A stretch of 62,311 bases of DNA from Candidatus Thorarchaeota archaeon (lineage in GTDB: Archaea > Asgardarchaeota > Thorarchaeia > Thorarchaeales > Thorarchaeaceae): NCBI GenBank assembly GCA_011364905.1, contig RDNZ01000014.1:1-62311 (forward strand), given 5' to 3'. Under the pieces are notes generated by a model that was not told the origin of the DNA, made no database searches, and saw only the letters and a list, made by a program, of their open reading frames with translations. This document shows, piece after piece, positions 46,491-56,099 of this stretch. Numbering within the stretch: the stretch's first letter is position 1; each line of letters begins with the position of its first letter. The translations under genes and the position numbers were made by a program.

Positions 46491-48652
46491 TAAGCAAAGA
46501 TGAACTTCAGATTGCCACAAAGACCCTAGGACGAGATTTCACAGAAACAGAGCTAAGAATGATTGAAGCCCTCTGGTCAGAGCATTGCAGCTATAAAAGC
46601 AGCAAACGATGGTTCTATCTTTTCAAAACAACTGCAGACAATGTTGCGCTTGGAGTTGGAGAGGGTGCAGGTTTGTTTGACATTGGTGGTGGATATTATG
46701 CTGGCGTGTCTATGGATTCCCACAATCATCCTAGTCAGATTGATCCCTATAATGGAGCTGGATCGGGCATCGGTGGTACTATTAGAAATGTGATTTCACA
46801 AGGATGCAAGGCGGTGGGCCTTATGAATTGTTTGCGATTCGGGCACCCACAGAAACCAAAAAACGCACTCTCTCTATCAAATGCAGTTCGAGGAATATCT
46901 GACTATGGGAATAGTGTTGGAATTCCTATGGTTGGAGGAGAGATGGAATTTGACGAATCATTCGAGGACAACTGCTTAGTGAATATAGTATGCATTGGAT
47001 GCGTAAAATCAGAAAACGTTGTACGAAGTATTGCTCGAACACCAGGTCACCATATTGTCATTTTTGGGTCCAAAACAGGATGCGATGGTGTAGGTGGTGT
47101 TATCTTTGCTTCGAATGTTATCTCAGACTCAAAAGATTGGAGTACATCTGCAATACAAATCGGCGATTCACTAGCGGAGAAAGTACTCATAGACACCTTG
47201 ACAGAGCTTCTGGAAGAGCATCTTATAGACGGTCTTCAAGACATTGGGGGTGGAGGATTGGCTGCTGCAGCAGGTGATCTTGCACATTCAGGAGGTACTG
47301 GAGTAGAAATCGAACTAGACAAGGTGCCAACTCGAGGAGTTGTGAATCCCTCTGATATTATCATATCCGAATCTCAAGAGAGAATGCTTGCCATTATCGC
47401 TCCAACTAACATGGACCGTGTAAAAACCCTACTCGAGAAAAACGATACACCATATGCTGTGATTGGGAAAGTGACAGATGATGGTTACTACACAGCGAAG
47501 TATGAGGGAGAGATCATAGCTAAACTCCCAATAAGCCTCTTAGTAGATGGGGTTCTCATTCCGGAGAGAGTTGAAGGGAAAATCCCTTCTCAGACAGATT
47601 CGCTCTCATGGTTCAAAGAACCTGATGATTATGGCTCTGCGATAATGAACCTAATCAGTTCGGTGAATATTTGCGACCGATCATGGATTTACAGCCAATA
47701 TGACCAGCATGTTCAATCGAACACTGTTGTTGATATTGGGCAGAATGCAGGTGTACTGGAATTCCCAAATGGTAGATTGCTTGCATTTACCAGTGATTGC
47801 AACTCCTTTTGGTGCAAACTCGATCCACAAGTTGGAACTGCGAATTCTGCAGCAGAATCTCTAAGAAACATTGTTTCTATGGGTGCCAGACCAATCTTCA
47901 TAGCGAATTGCCTTAATTTTGGGAGTCCTGAAAAGCCTGATTCGTATGCTCAGTTTGTTGAATCAGTAAGAGGACTTGGAAGGTTCTCTCATGACTTCAA
48001 CATCCCGATTATTGGAGGAAATGTTTCTCTCTACAATGAAGCTCTAGTTGATGGGCAGAATAGAAGGATAAATCCGTCCCCACAGATCATGCTTGCAGGA
48101 ATCTTCAAAGAGAAGTTTTCACCGATCAAGCGAAATCTAGTCACACCATGGGCCAATATTTTCCTCGTGGGAGAAACATTCCCGGAACTCAACGGAAGCG
48201 AGTTTCAGAGGGTCATAGTTGGTGAGGTCAAAGGCGAACCTCCGAAGTACAGACCAAACTGGGAGAAAAAGACAATGGATGCAATTCTTGAATCGCATGA
48301 CAGAGGGCTGATTCGTTCATGTAATAACGTAGGGCGTGGCGGCATAGCGATAGCTCTTATGAAAATGGCTCTGAGAAGCGAGTATGGATTCAAATTAAAT
48401 ATGGAATACATTCCAGGAACTGTGAACAGCTTGGCTCAGAGCCTGTTTTCAGAAACATCATCTCGCTATTTAGCAGAAGTGACAGAAAGCAACCAACCTG
48501 AGTTCTTATCGATTCTAGAAAAACATGAGCTGGCCACTTGTGAACTTGGACTAACCACATTGGAACCGACCGCAGATTTTGGACGTTTCACAATTCCATT
48601 GGAAAAGGCCAAAATGGAATTCAGTGATGGGCTTGGGAAATATCTTGGATGA
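46487..48652 (+). CDS. purL: FGAM synthase synthetase subunit (small PurL), divergent
   Basis: WSEHCSYKSS, SHNHPS, SESQERM, QYD, CLNFGSPE, GGNVSLYNE. Confidence 0.92.
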   Translation: MISKDELQIATKTLGRDFTETELRMIEALWSEHCSYKSSKRWFYLFKTTADNVALGVGEGAGLFDIGGGYYAGVSMDSHNHPSQIDPYNGAGSGIGGTIRNVISQGCKAVGLMNCLRFGHPQKPKNALSLSNAVRGISDYGNSVGIPMVGGEMEFDESFEDNCLVNIVCIGCVKSENVVRSIARTPGHHIVIFGSKTGCDGVGGVIFASNVISDSKDWSTSAIQIGDSLAEKVLIDTLTELLEEHLIDGLQDIGGGGLAAAAGDLAHSGGTGVEIELDKVPTRGVVNPSDIIISESQERMLAIIAPTNMDRVKTLLEKNDTPYAVIGKVTDDGYYTAKYEGEIIAKLPISLLVDGVLIPERVEGKIPSQTDSLSWFKEPDDYGSAIMNLISSVNICDRSWIYSQYDQHVQSNTVVDIGQNAGVLEFPNGRLLAFTSDCNSFWCKLDPQVGTANSAAESLRNIVSMGARPIFIANCLNFGSPEKPDSYAQFVESVRGLGRFSHDFNIPIIGGNVSLYNEALVDGQNRRINPSPQIMLAGIFKEKFSPIKRNLVTPWANIFLVGETFPELNGSEFQRVIVGEVKGEPPKYRPNWEKKTMDAILESHDRGLIRSCNNVGRGGIAIALMKMALRSEYGFKLNMEYIPGTVNSLAQSLFSETSSRYLAEVTESNQPEFLSILEKHELATCELGLTTLEPTADFGRFTIPLEKAKMEFSDGLGKYLG

Positions 48653-48685
48653 TGAATTAGAAATATCCAGATGAGGAGGAGCGCG

Positions 48686-49831
48686 ATGAAAGGCAAACTT
48701 GTATATCCGTATTCCAACGCACTTCTAGATTACGAGTTTAGAACAGACCACCCACTGAAACCAGATAGGCTGAAGCTAACTTACCTGTTGTCCAAGGCAA
48801 TAGGATTGATTGACCAAGTTGAAGAGATTGAACCCACTCTCGCTACGAGAGAAGATCTCGAGCTATTTCATTCACCTGAGTTCATTGAAGCTGTTGTGGA
48901 TGCAGGCACAAACAACAATCCTCATCCACAGTACGGTCTCGGGACCCTAGATAATCCGATTTTCCCTCTAATACATGAAACAGGAGCCAGGTATGTAGGA
49001 GCGACCCTTGATGCCATGAGGTCAATCATGAATGGAGCATCCAATGCATTCTGTATCTCAGGTGGCTTGCATCACGCCCATAGGAGCTTAGCATCTGGAT
49101 TCTGCATATACAATGATGTAGTTGTAGCCGTCAAGATGCTCCATAAGAAGAAGAAATACAAAGTCCTGTACTTCGATTTTGACGCACATCATGGAGATGG
49201 AGTTCAGAATGCATTCTACAATTCCAAGGATGTCATGACAATTTCGATACACCAAACGGGCAGGACACTTTTCCCTGGTTCTGGATTCATACACGAAACA
49301 GGTAATGATGAAGGTGTTGGATACTCAGTCAACATCCCAGTCATTCCAGGAGCAGGATCTCCGGAGCTCATTCAGGTCTTCGATGAAGTTGTTGCTCCGC
49401 TATTTGAAGCCTTCAAACCGGACCTCTTGGTAACTCAGCTAGGAGTCGATGGACATTATTTGGATCCCCTTGCTCAGTTGACATATACTTCAGATGGATA
49501 CGAAGATGTAGTTCGCAAACTCAAAAAGATGTCATCAGACATATGCAGTTTGGGTTGGCTTGCTTTGGGCGGAGGAGGATACTATCCAGTAAATGTTGCT
49601 CGCCTTTGGACGTTGTTTCTCGCCATTATACTCGATGAAGATGTGCCTCGTGAATTACCTGAGGAGTTCAAAGAGGTGTGTATCCAGATGGGATATCGTG
49701 ACTTTCCGGTCCTCATGAGAGATGAGAATGCTATTGTCCAGATGTATTATTCAAAAGAAGAGATTTCGCTGGACCTTGCCAGAACGATTAGAAGAGTGAA
49801 AGAGCTAGTTTTCCCGTATCACGGGCTTTAG
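48686..49831 (+). CDS. Histone deacetylase family protein (AcuC-like, Zn-dependent)
   Basis: HPLKP, GGLHHA, GFCIYND, DFDAHHGDG, FPGSG, GVDGHYLDP, GGGGY all intact. Confidence 0.93.
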   Translation: MKGKLVYPYSNALLDYEFRTDHPLKPDRLKLTYLLSKAIGLIDQVEEIEPTLATREDLELFHSPEFIEAVVDAGTNNNPHPQYGLGTLDNPIFPLIHETGARYVGATLDAMRSIMNGASNAFCISGGLHHAHRSLASGFCIYNDVVVAVKMLHKKKKYKVLYFDFDAHHGDGVQNAFYNSKDVMTISIHQTGRTLFPGSGFIHETGNDEGVGYSVNIPVIPGAGSPELIQVFDEVVAPLFEAFKPDLLVTQLGVDGHYLDPLAQLTYTSDGYEDVVRKLKKMSSDICSLGWLALGGGGYYPVNVARLWTLFLAIILDEDVPRELPEEFKEVCIQMGYRDFPVLMRDENAIVQMYYSKEEISLDLARTIRRVKELVFPYHGL

Positions 49832-50460
49832 TCCATATCGTCTTCAGAGAGGGACAAATCGATCCACTTCCTAATCATCTTGATAACCAAGTCGGATGCA
49901 GCAGCCATAATTACTGAGTCTGCATCCTCACTGAGCAATGAAGAAGGATCTACACCAGATTTGGCAACTCTAAGAAGAGTTGGATAACACAAGAATCCAA
50001 GGCCCTCAACAACATCTAGATTGTCAGATCCAGTAATTCTCAGCTTTGTTCCGAGCACATTGTAAGGCGATACCTTGGGATCACTGTCGCAGATAGAAAC
50101 GAGTGTTTCTTCGTCTGCTGTAATCACAACATCGGGTTCTATGCACTCATCATAGATGATAGCCTTTCCATGATCAAAAACCACAGAGTATTCATCATTT
50201 GTATCAGATGTTCGAAGGCAGATTGTTAAATCCATGTAAGAATCAGTCACAGAATTAATGTGCTCCTCGAAGTCTTGTTCGCTCATCTTGTTTAGGAGCT
50301 TGGCATTTGCGACACTGACATTCAATGCAGCTCTGCAACCATCAACAACTGGCCCCAGATATTCCATCAGCATGTACTGATTAGTGTTAATGTTTTGGGA
50401 AATATAGCGTAAAAGGCGAGTAATGCTTTTTGATTGACCATCTTCAGCCAATGAAATCAA
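49828..50460 (-). CDS. Hypothetical protein with probable SCP2 (sterol carrier-like) domain
   Basis: YSVVFDHGKA...EPDVVITADEETLVSI...KLRITG resembles the SCP2 pattern. Confidence 0.6.
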   Translation of the reverse strand: MISLAEDGQSKSITRLLRYISQNINTNQYMLMEYLGPVVDGCRAALNVSVANAKLLNKMSEQDFEEHINSVTDSYMDLTICLRTSDTNDEYSVVFDHGKAIIYDECIEPDVVITADEETLVSICDSDPKVSPYNVLGTKLRITGSDNLDVVEGLGFLCYPTLLRVAKSGVDPSSLLSEDADSVIMAAASDLVIKMIRKWIDLSLSEDDMD

Positions 50461-50566
50461 CTCAGGTTGAGATGAAAATAATTGTATTTAGACGTGCTGT
50501 TGAGGCCGTGTATTCATAACACATTGATAGAAAAGCGATTTAGTGAACTCAAATCAAGGGTGTTCC

Positions 50567-51322
50567 ATGACCACTGACATACACACACATCTTGGTATGG
50601 GTCGTACAGATGTAGTGGATGTTAACTTCGACAACTACATAGAACATGTAGACATATTGATTTCGAGAATGGACACCTTTGGTATAGATAGAGCTGTCCT
50701 CACACCCCACGAACCTGCTGTCAGTACGGAACTCTATATGCAAGCAACCGAGGTCTATCCGGATCGACTGTTCTCAGCGTGTTCGATTTTACCGAGACCG
50801 ATGGATATTGCAAAGAAGAAACTTGATGACTTCATTGATAGAGGATGCAGAGCCCTCATGTTGGATGAGAATACCTACCATCCACGCGACCCTGCCGCAG
50901 AGGCGCTTGTGAATGAGGCTATTAGGAAGAATCTGCCCGTCTATCTCTATAATGATGTTATGACCGCTGAAACGATTACTTTCTTAGATCGCATATCAAC
51001 TCTCCATCCTGACGGAAAGTTTGTGGTGTTGAACATGGGCGGTCTATTTGGTTTTCCCCAGATAATTCCACTTATGGCGCGCTCCAATATATGGCTAGAG
51101 CTATCAACCACCTTTTTCAAGCTGGTTGAATCTCCCCTACGGGTGTTCCTCGATGCTTTGGTTCAAGACTTCGGCGTACGCAAGCTTGTTTTTGGTTCTG
51201 GATACCATAGCCAATATCCAGACATCATGGCGGCACTAAACATGATTGATTTGGATATTGAAACGAACAGGTTGATAATGAAAGAGAATGCTTGGGTTAT
51301 ACTTGGTTTAGCATTTTTCTAG
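50567..51322 (+). CDS. Amidohydrolase_2-family protein with degenerate metal site
   Basis: DIHTH retained; the expected His (PVYLY, VVLNMG) and Asp (FGSG) ligands are substituted. Confidence 0.8.
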   Translation: MTTDIHTHLGMGRTDVVDVNFDNYIEHVDILISRMDTFGIDRAVLTPHEPAVSTELYMQATEVYPDRLFSACSILPRPMDIAKKKLDDFIDRGCRALMLDENTYHPRDPAAEALVNEAIRKNLPVYLYNDVMTAETITFLDRISTLHPDGKFVVLNMGGLFGFPQIIPLMARSNIWLELSTTFFKLVESPLRVFLDALVQDFGVRKLVFGSGYHSQYPDIMAALNMIDLDIETNRLIMKENAWVILGLAFF

Positions 51323-51324
51323 TT

Positions 51325-51711
51325 CTATCCAACTAAAACGGACTGGTGAAGCAGTTGTTCGATATCTTCCGAACTTGGTAGTCCAATGATTCGCGAGTTG
51401 CCAATCTGAATCATTGGTAAGGCAATAGCATTAAGCGCCTCAATAACCTCTGGTTTTTCCTCAACCGAGGTTTCCACGACTTCTATATTGAAGTTGAATT
51501 TGCGAAAATTATTGGCAGCTTTACAAGCGGCATCCATTGCTTCATTGCAGAAGCTGCACGACTTGCTTGTGAAGACATTGATTCTTACCGGCTTGGATTG
51601 ATTGAGGTTTGTATCCAATTCCTTCAACTTTGACAGTTCGTTTCCTCGCATCATATGCTCATACTCCGAAGGATTGTGCAGCGAAATGGCCATATCAGTC
51701 CTATTCAGCAA
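51325..51711 (-). CDS. Thioredoxin-fold protein
   Basis: FTSKSCSFC CxxC, cis-Pro ALP, IGLP. Confidence 0.82.
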   Translation of the reverse strand: MLNRTDMAISLHNPSEYEHMMRGNELSKLKELDTNLNQSKPVRINVFTSKSCSFCNEAMDAACKAANNFRKFNFNIEVVETSVEEKPEVIEALNAIALPMIQIGNSRIIGLPSSEDIEQLLHQSVLVG

Positions 51712-51934
51712 AGGCTGGAGGTTTCAGACGGACATGTTCTGATACAGAATCGACAGCCCGTAAGGGAATAGCTTCCCATGAGCTGTTACTCTCTGAATGG
51801 TTTCCACGTTCTACAATGACGAGAGGTCCGTTGGTTTCATCAAACCAAACCTTCTTGACCCTCCCCAATGGGAATCCACGAAAATCGGTTACTATTTTCC
51901 CTTTTAGTAACCATTTCATCTCTTCGCTTTCCAT
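51701..51934 (-). CDS. Small PRC-barrel domain protein
   Basis: LKGKIVTDFRGFPLGRVKKVWFD...IPLRAVDSVSEHVRL PRC pattern. Confidence 0.78.
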   Translation of the reverse strand: MESEEMKWLLKGKIVTDFRGFPLGRVKKVWFDETNGPLVIVERGNHSESNSSWEAIPLRAVDSVSEHVRLKPPAFAE

Positions 51935-52042
51935 TGTGCTCAACAAGATGCTTGTAACTTAGACATAGAAGAGCGTGTGTACTACGTGGACTATTCTAGC
52001 GTAACACTCACTATGATTGAAAATGCAGATATTCAAGATTCT

Positions 52043-52636
52043 TTAGTTCTCACTGGAAGAGTCATCTTTTCCTACATCATCATAGCCCCATTCAACTATT
52101 GTGTCACTGTCACTTGGCAGAAAGGTACCACGGACCATATAGCCAGCAACACCCATGAGCAAACCTATGATATTCATCGATCCGCCAATAGCTATCCATA
52201 GTCTTGAATCACTCACTTGTTTGAGACCAAGGTCGAATTGTCCCACGCCAGTGAGCTGGTCAACACGCAGAGTGTAGTTCCCATAGGGAGCATCAACAAT
52301 CGTACTGCCTTCATAATACCTATTATCGCGCGTTTCCACTAAGTTATCATGATCCAGCGTCATGTTAATGAGAATCGTATCAAGTGTCCGGTTTTCTGTC
52401 ATCACAAGTCCAATTTGAATCACGCTTGAGTTGCCTGGCCTTAACGAAACAGCCACTTCGATCTGCTCATGATATCCATCCTTATCCCAAACGCTGAAAG
52501 TGCGCTGGTCGCCTTCTCTGACTGCGAAGTTGATGTAGTGATAAGGAGACATGTACACGATTGCGCCACCAATGATGATTATAATGGCACCACCGAAGTA
52601 AAGAAATGCTTTCTTGCTAAACCAAACACTGCCCAT
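52043..52636 (-). CDS. Membrane protein with two TM segments flanking an extracellular beta domain
   Basis: N- and C-terminal hydrophobic helices. Confidence 0.75.
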   Translation of the reverse strand: MGSVWFSKKAFLYFGGAIIIIIGGAIVYMSPYHYINFAVREGDQRTFSVWDKDGYHEQIEVAVSLRPGNSSVIQIGLVMTENRTLDTILINMTLDHDNLVETRDNRYYEGSTIVDAPYGNYTLRVDQLTGVGQFDLGLKQVSDSRLWIAIGGSMNIIGLLMGVAGYMVRGTFLPSDSDTIVEWGYDDVGKDDSSSEN

Positions 52637-52716
52637 CTAATTCAACCAATACATAGACGTAGTACTGTGAATATAGATGTAACGACCCGTGTAATTAGCT
52701 GTGAGGATTTTTCGCA

Positions 52717-54390
52717 TTGACAGAATTCAGGCTTTTGGCAGAGGTTCTTGATGAAATAAGTAAGACCCAGAAAAGGACCGAGAAAATAGCCTTGGCTTCA
52801 GAATTTCTAAAGAATGTCAATATTAATGAAGTCAGTCGAGCAGCCCTTTTCCTGAGTGGCAAGGTATTTGCGGAAAGAGATCAACGTGCTTTGAACATAT
52901 CATGGCGAGGCCTTCTTAGCGTTCTCAAGAAAGTAGTTTCTATAGATGATAGTACGATTTTCGATGCATATGAAGGAGACATTGGCGAGGCAGTAGCGAG
53001 AATTCTGGATACCTCAAAAGAATCCCGGCAATCCTCTTTGTTCACAGAAACGTTGTCAATCGCGTCAGTGAGTCAAACCTTAGATCGGATTGCCAATGTC
53101 CAAGGCAAAGGGTCCGTCAAAGAAAAGCAATCATTACTCACAAGTCTCTTCATGGACTCTTCTCCTAGAGAAGCGAGATACCTTACTGCAATCGTACTTG
53201 AGGACATGAGAACAGGTCTTTCGGAGGGTTTGCTTGCTGAAACCATCTCAACAGCTTTTGAAATCGAACCATCTCTCGTTAGAAGAGCGTGGAGTTTCAA
53301 TGGTGACTTGGGAGCAATAGCGAAGCTTGCAGCAGAGGGTGGCAAAGCCGCTCTGCAAAAAGTATCGATTCAAGTAATGCGTGGCGTTAAACCAATGCTT
53401 GCAAGTCCAGTTCCAAATATTGAATCAATGTTCGAATCAGGATCTGCATTGTATTCGTTTGAGCTAAAACTGGATGGAGCTCGAGTCCAGATTCACAAGA
53501 AGGGTACAGAGGTGCGGATCTTCTCGAGGCGACTCAGTGATGTGACAGAGAGCCTTCCGGATATCGTGAAAATGGTTGAAAGTGATGTAAAGGCCAAAAA
53601 CGCGATACTTGATGGTGAAGTCCTGGCAGTGGACGAAATGGGAAAACCGTATCCATTTCAAGTTGTAATGAAAAGATTTGGGCGAACTCGAGATATCGAA
53701 GACGCTTATAGTAACACGCGTCTGCAACTCGTTCTTTTTGATGTACTATTGATTGATGACTTGCAGTTAGTAGATGAAGGTTATAGCAAGAGGAGGAAAG
53801 AGCTAGAAAAGATAGTCCCATTACCCCTTCTGGTTGAGAGGATTGTTTCCGATGACCTGACTCAAATCCAATCCTTCTTTAAGAAAAGCAAAGAGTTAGG
53901 ACATGAAGGCCTGGTTGCGAAGTCTCTTGACTCACCGTATACTCCTGGAGTAAGAGGAGGATACTGGCTCAAAATCAAACACACCTTACGAACCTTGGAC
54001 CTGGTTATTGTTGCAGCTGAATGGGGACACGGCAGGCGTAAGGACTGGCTTTCAGACTACCATCTGGCTGTGCGTGATGAGGAGTCCGGAGAATTTCTGG
54101 TAGTCGGAAAAACATACAAGGGATTCACAGACAAGGAATTTGAGGAAATAACAAAGAAACTGATGGAACGAAAGATTTCGTCTCATGGGCATATTGTTCA
54201 GGTCAGACCTGAGATTGTTGTGGAAGTCATCGCTTCAGAAGTTCAGGAAAGTCCTACCTATAAGTCTGGTATGGCTCTGCGATTCGCGCGGATTGATCGC
54301 TTGAGGGAAGATAAGGGACCGATGGATGCCATGACACTGGCTGAATTGAAAGAGGTCTACGATAATCAATTCCAATTCAAAGCTCGTTGA
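52717..54390 (+). CDS. lig: ATP-dependent DNA ligase (archaeal type)
   Basis: KPMLA, motif I KLDGARVQ, LDGE, FDVL, EGLVAK, WLKIK, LRFARIDRLREDK. Confidence 0.97.
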   Translation: MTEFRLLAEVLDEISKTQKRTEKIALASEFLKNVNINEVSRAALFLSGKVFAERDQRALNISWRGLLSVLKKVVSIDDSTIFDAYEGDIGEAVARILDTSKESRQSSLFTETLSIASVSQTLDRIANVQGKGSVKEKQSLLTSLFMDSSPREARYLTAIVLEDMRTGLSEGLLAETISTAFEIEPSLVRRAWSFNGDLGAIAKLAAEGGKAALQKVSIQVMRGVKPMLASPVPNIESMFESGSALYSFELKLDGARVQIHKKGTEVRIFSRRLSDVTESLPDIVKMVESDVKAKNAILDGEVLAVDEMGKPYPFQVVMKRFGRTRDIEDAYSNTRLQLVLFDVLLIDDLQLVDEGYSKRRKELEKIVPLPLLVERIVSDDLTQIQSFFKKSKELGHEGLVAKSLDSPYTPGVRGGYWLKIKHTLRTLDLVIVAAEWGHGRRKDWLSDYHLAVRDEESGEFLVVGKTYKGFTDKEFEEITKKLMERKISSHGHIVQVRPEIVVEVIASEVQESPTYKSGMALRFARIDRLREDKGPMDAMTLAELKEVYDNQFQFKAR

Positions 54391-54425
54391 AGGCAGTTTA
54401 TATACTGTCTATAAGAAACACTGTC

Positions 54426-55547
54426 ATGGAGCATTCTGCCAGTTGGCGGATTGCAGGGGGTATCGGTTTGAGGGTGAAAAACGAATCCCACAAATTATCT
54501 CGACTCATTCCGAAGTTTCATTTCTGTTCGGTTCCTCTCTTTCGGGAAGAGCCTTTAATCAACTGGACCTACACTGATGCAGTCCTCTTCACTGCTTATG
54601 ACTTGTATCGTTCTCACGATTATTGGTTGGATGAAGTTGTCAATTCGGGCTCAACTCTAAAAGACGCTTTAGTCAATCTTGGATTTCCCAAAGCAAACTC
54701 ACTCGTGATCGATACAGGAGTGTTCGAGATAGAAACTAAGAAAGCAGGAATTTCAAAGGAATTAGGAATCGATGTGAACATAGAACTGAGTAAAGCTCAG
54801 ATTTTCGAAGCCTATGAACTATCAGGCGCGGACTTCTTTGTTGCTCCTGACGAAATCATTCTGCCACTAGATGGTCCTGAACGTGTTAAGGAAAAGGTCG
54901 ATATCATCAAGTCCAATCTCATAGACCTTCTCGACATAGTTAAGGCTTCGAAAACAATCGCTGTGATTCAAGGACATGAGCAAGAAATCGTTGATGACCT
55001 CCTTGACTTCTATCGAGAGAATAAGATTGGATGTCTTGCTGTAGGAGGAGTAATTCCGTTATATCATTATGATAAAGAGCTGTTGTCAAAACATCTTAGC
55101 TATGTAAGAAAAGCTGCGAAAAGTGAATGGCTGCATATTTTCGGATTGTCTCGTATGTCACTGCTTCCATACTATCTTCAGCAAGTGAAACTTGATAGTG
55201 TAGACACATCAGCGCTCACATATCTAACTGCTGGAAGAAAGTACCTTGTTGGACTAAAGCCTATTCCTGTAAGATTAGTAGATTTCGATAATTGCACATG
55301 TCCCGGTTGCAGGGCTCTATCAAAAGAAATGTCAACCCGAAGTGTAGAGTTCTTTGCTAATCTCTACATCCACAATGTTATGACCGCGTCACTTGAGAGT
55401 ATGAAGAAATACGACACACCCGCTCTACGAGATGTTCAGACCGAGAAGGAATCTGCTACTCAGGTAAAAACAGAGCAACGCAATAATAATGAATCAGGAT
55501 GGATGACTGCTGAAGAGGCACTTCATGAGAAGGGAAAAAACCAGTGA
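54426..55547 (+). CDS. Divergent tRNA-guanine transglycosylase (TGT/DpdA-like) catalytic domain without PUA
   Basis: DTGVFE, APDE, VIQG, AVGGVIP, HIFG, DSVDTSA, Zn site CTCPGC...HN. Confidence 0.82.
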   Translation: MEHSASWRIAGGIGLRVKNESHKLSRLIPKFHFCSVPLFREEPLINWTYTDAVLFTAYDLYRSHDYWLDEVVNSGSTLKDALVNLGFPKANSLVIDTGVFEIETKKAGISKELGIDVNIELSKAQIFEAYELSGADFFVAPDEIILPLDGPERVKEKVDIIKSNLIDLLDIVKASKTIAVIQGHEQEIVDDLLDFYRENKIGCLAVGGVIPLYHYDKELLSKHLSYVRKAAKSEWLHIFGLSRMSLLPYYLQQVKLDSVDTSALTYLTAGRKYLVGLKPIPVRLVDFDNCTCPGCRALSKEMSTRSVEFFANLYIHNVMTASLESMKKYDTPALRDVQTEKESATQVKTEQRNNNESGWMTAEEALHEKGKNQ

Positions 55548-55627
55548 TAGAAACAATGTACATTGACCACAGCTTTTATAGGTACAACACGACGGGAAAG
55601 GAATCATACGGATAGGAGACTTCCGCT

Positions 55628-56017
55628 ATGTGGTTTCAGATAACGTTGATTCCATTAGGCTTTTTGTTGATAGTGTTCTTTATTTTCTGGATAGTCCATG
55701 AAGGTTCCCGGTGGCAAAAACATCCTCAGCTGGGTGTCTTTGCCAGATTCATTCAAAAGTCTCCAAAACGTGGATTCCTGACCTTCTTGATACTATTCAT
55801 TTTACTAATTCCTGCTTTCCTCCTTGTTATGACAGGGATGTGGATAGATGCCCTTGGTACTAGTATTGGACCTCAAAGAGTCGATGTTGTAGACATAATG
55901 CTGGTCCTTATTCTAATACTAGCATTTACATTTCCAGTCATGTACGGCGCACTTGGAACATGGCGTAATGCTAGACGTGCAGAGGCTGAAATGAAAGTAA
56001 GACCAACTGGGATGTAA
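55628..56017 (+). CDS. Small three-TM membrane protein
   Basis: Three hydrophobic helices; AGGAG RBS. Confidence 0.75.
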   Translation: MWFQITLIPLGFLLIVFFIFWIVHEGSRWQKHPQLGVFARFIQKSPKRGFLTFLILFILLIPAFLLVMTGMWIDALGTSIGPQRVDVVDIMLVLILILAFTFPVMYGALGTWRNARRAEAEMKVRPTGM

Positions 56018-56099
56018 ACCGTCTATCGGTTACATGGATAGTTTGGGGAAAATCGACTATCCAACAATTTTAATCTAGCATTAAGTAGGTTGAGAGAGG

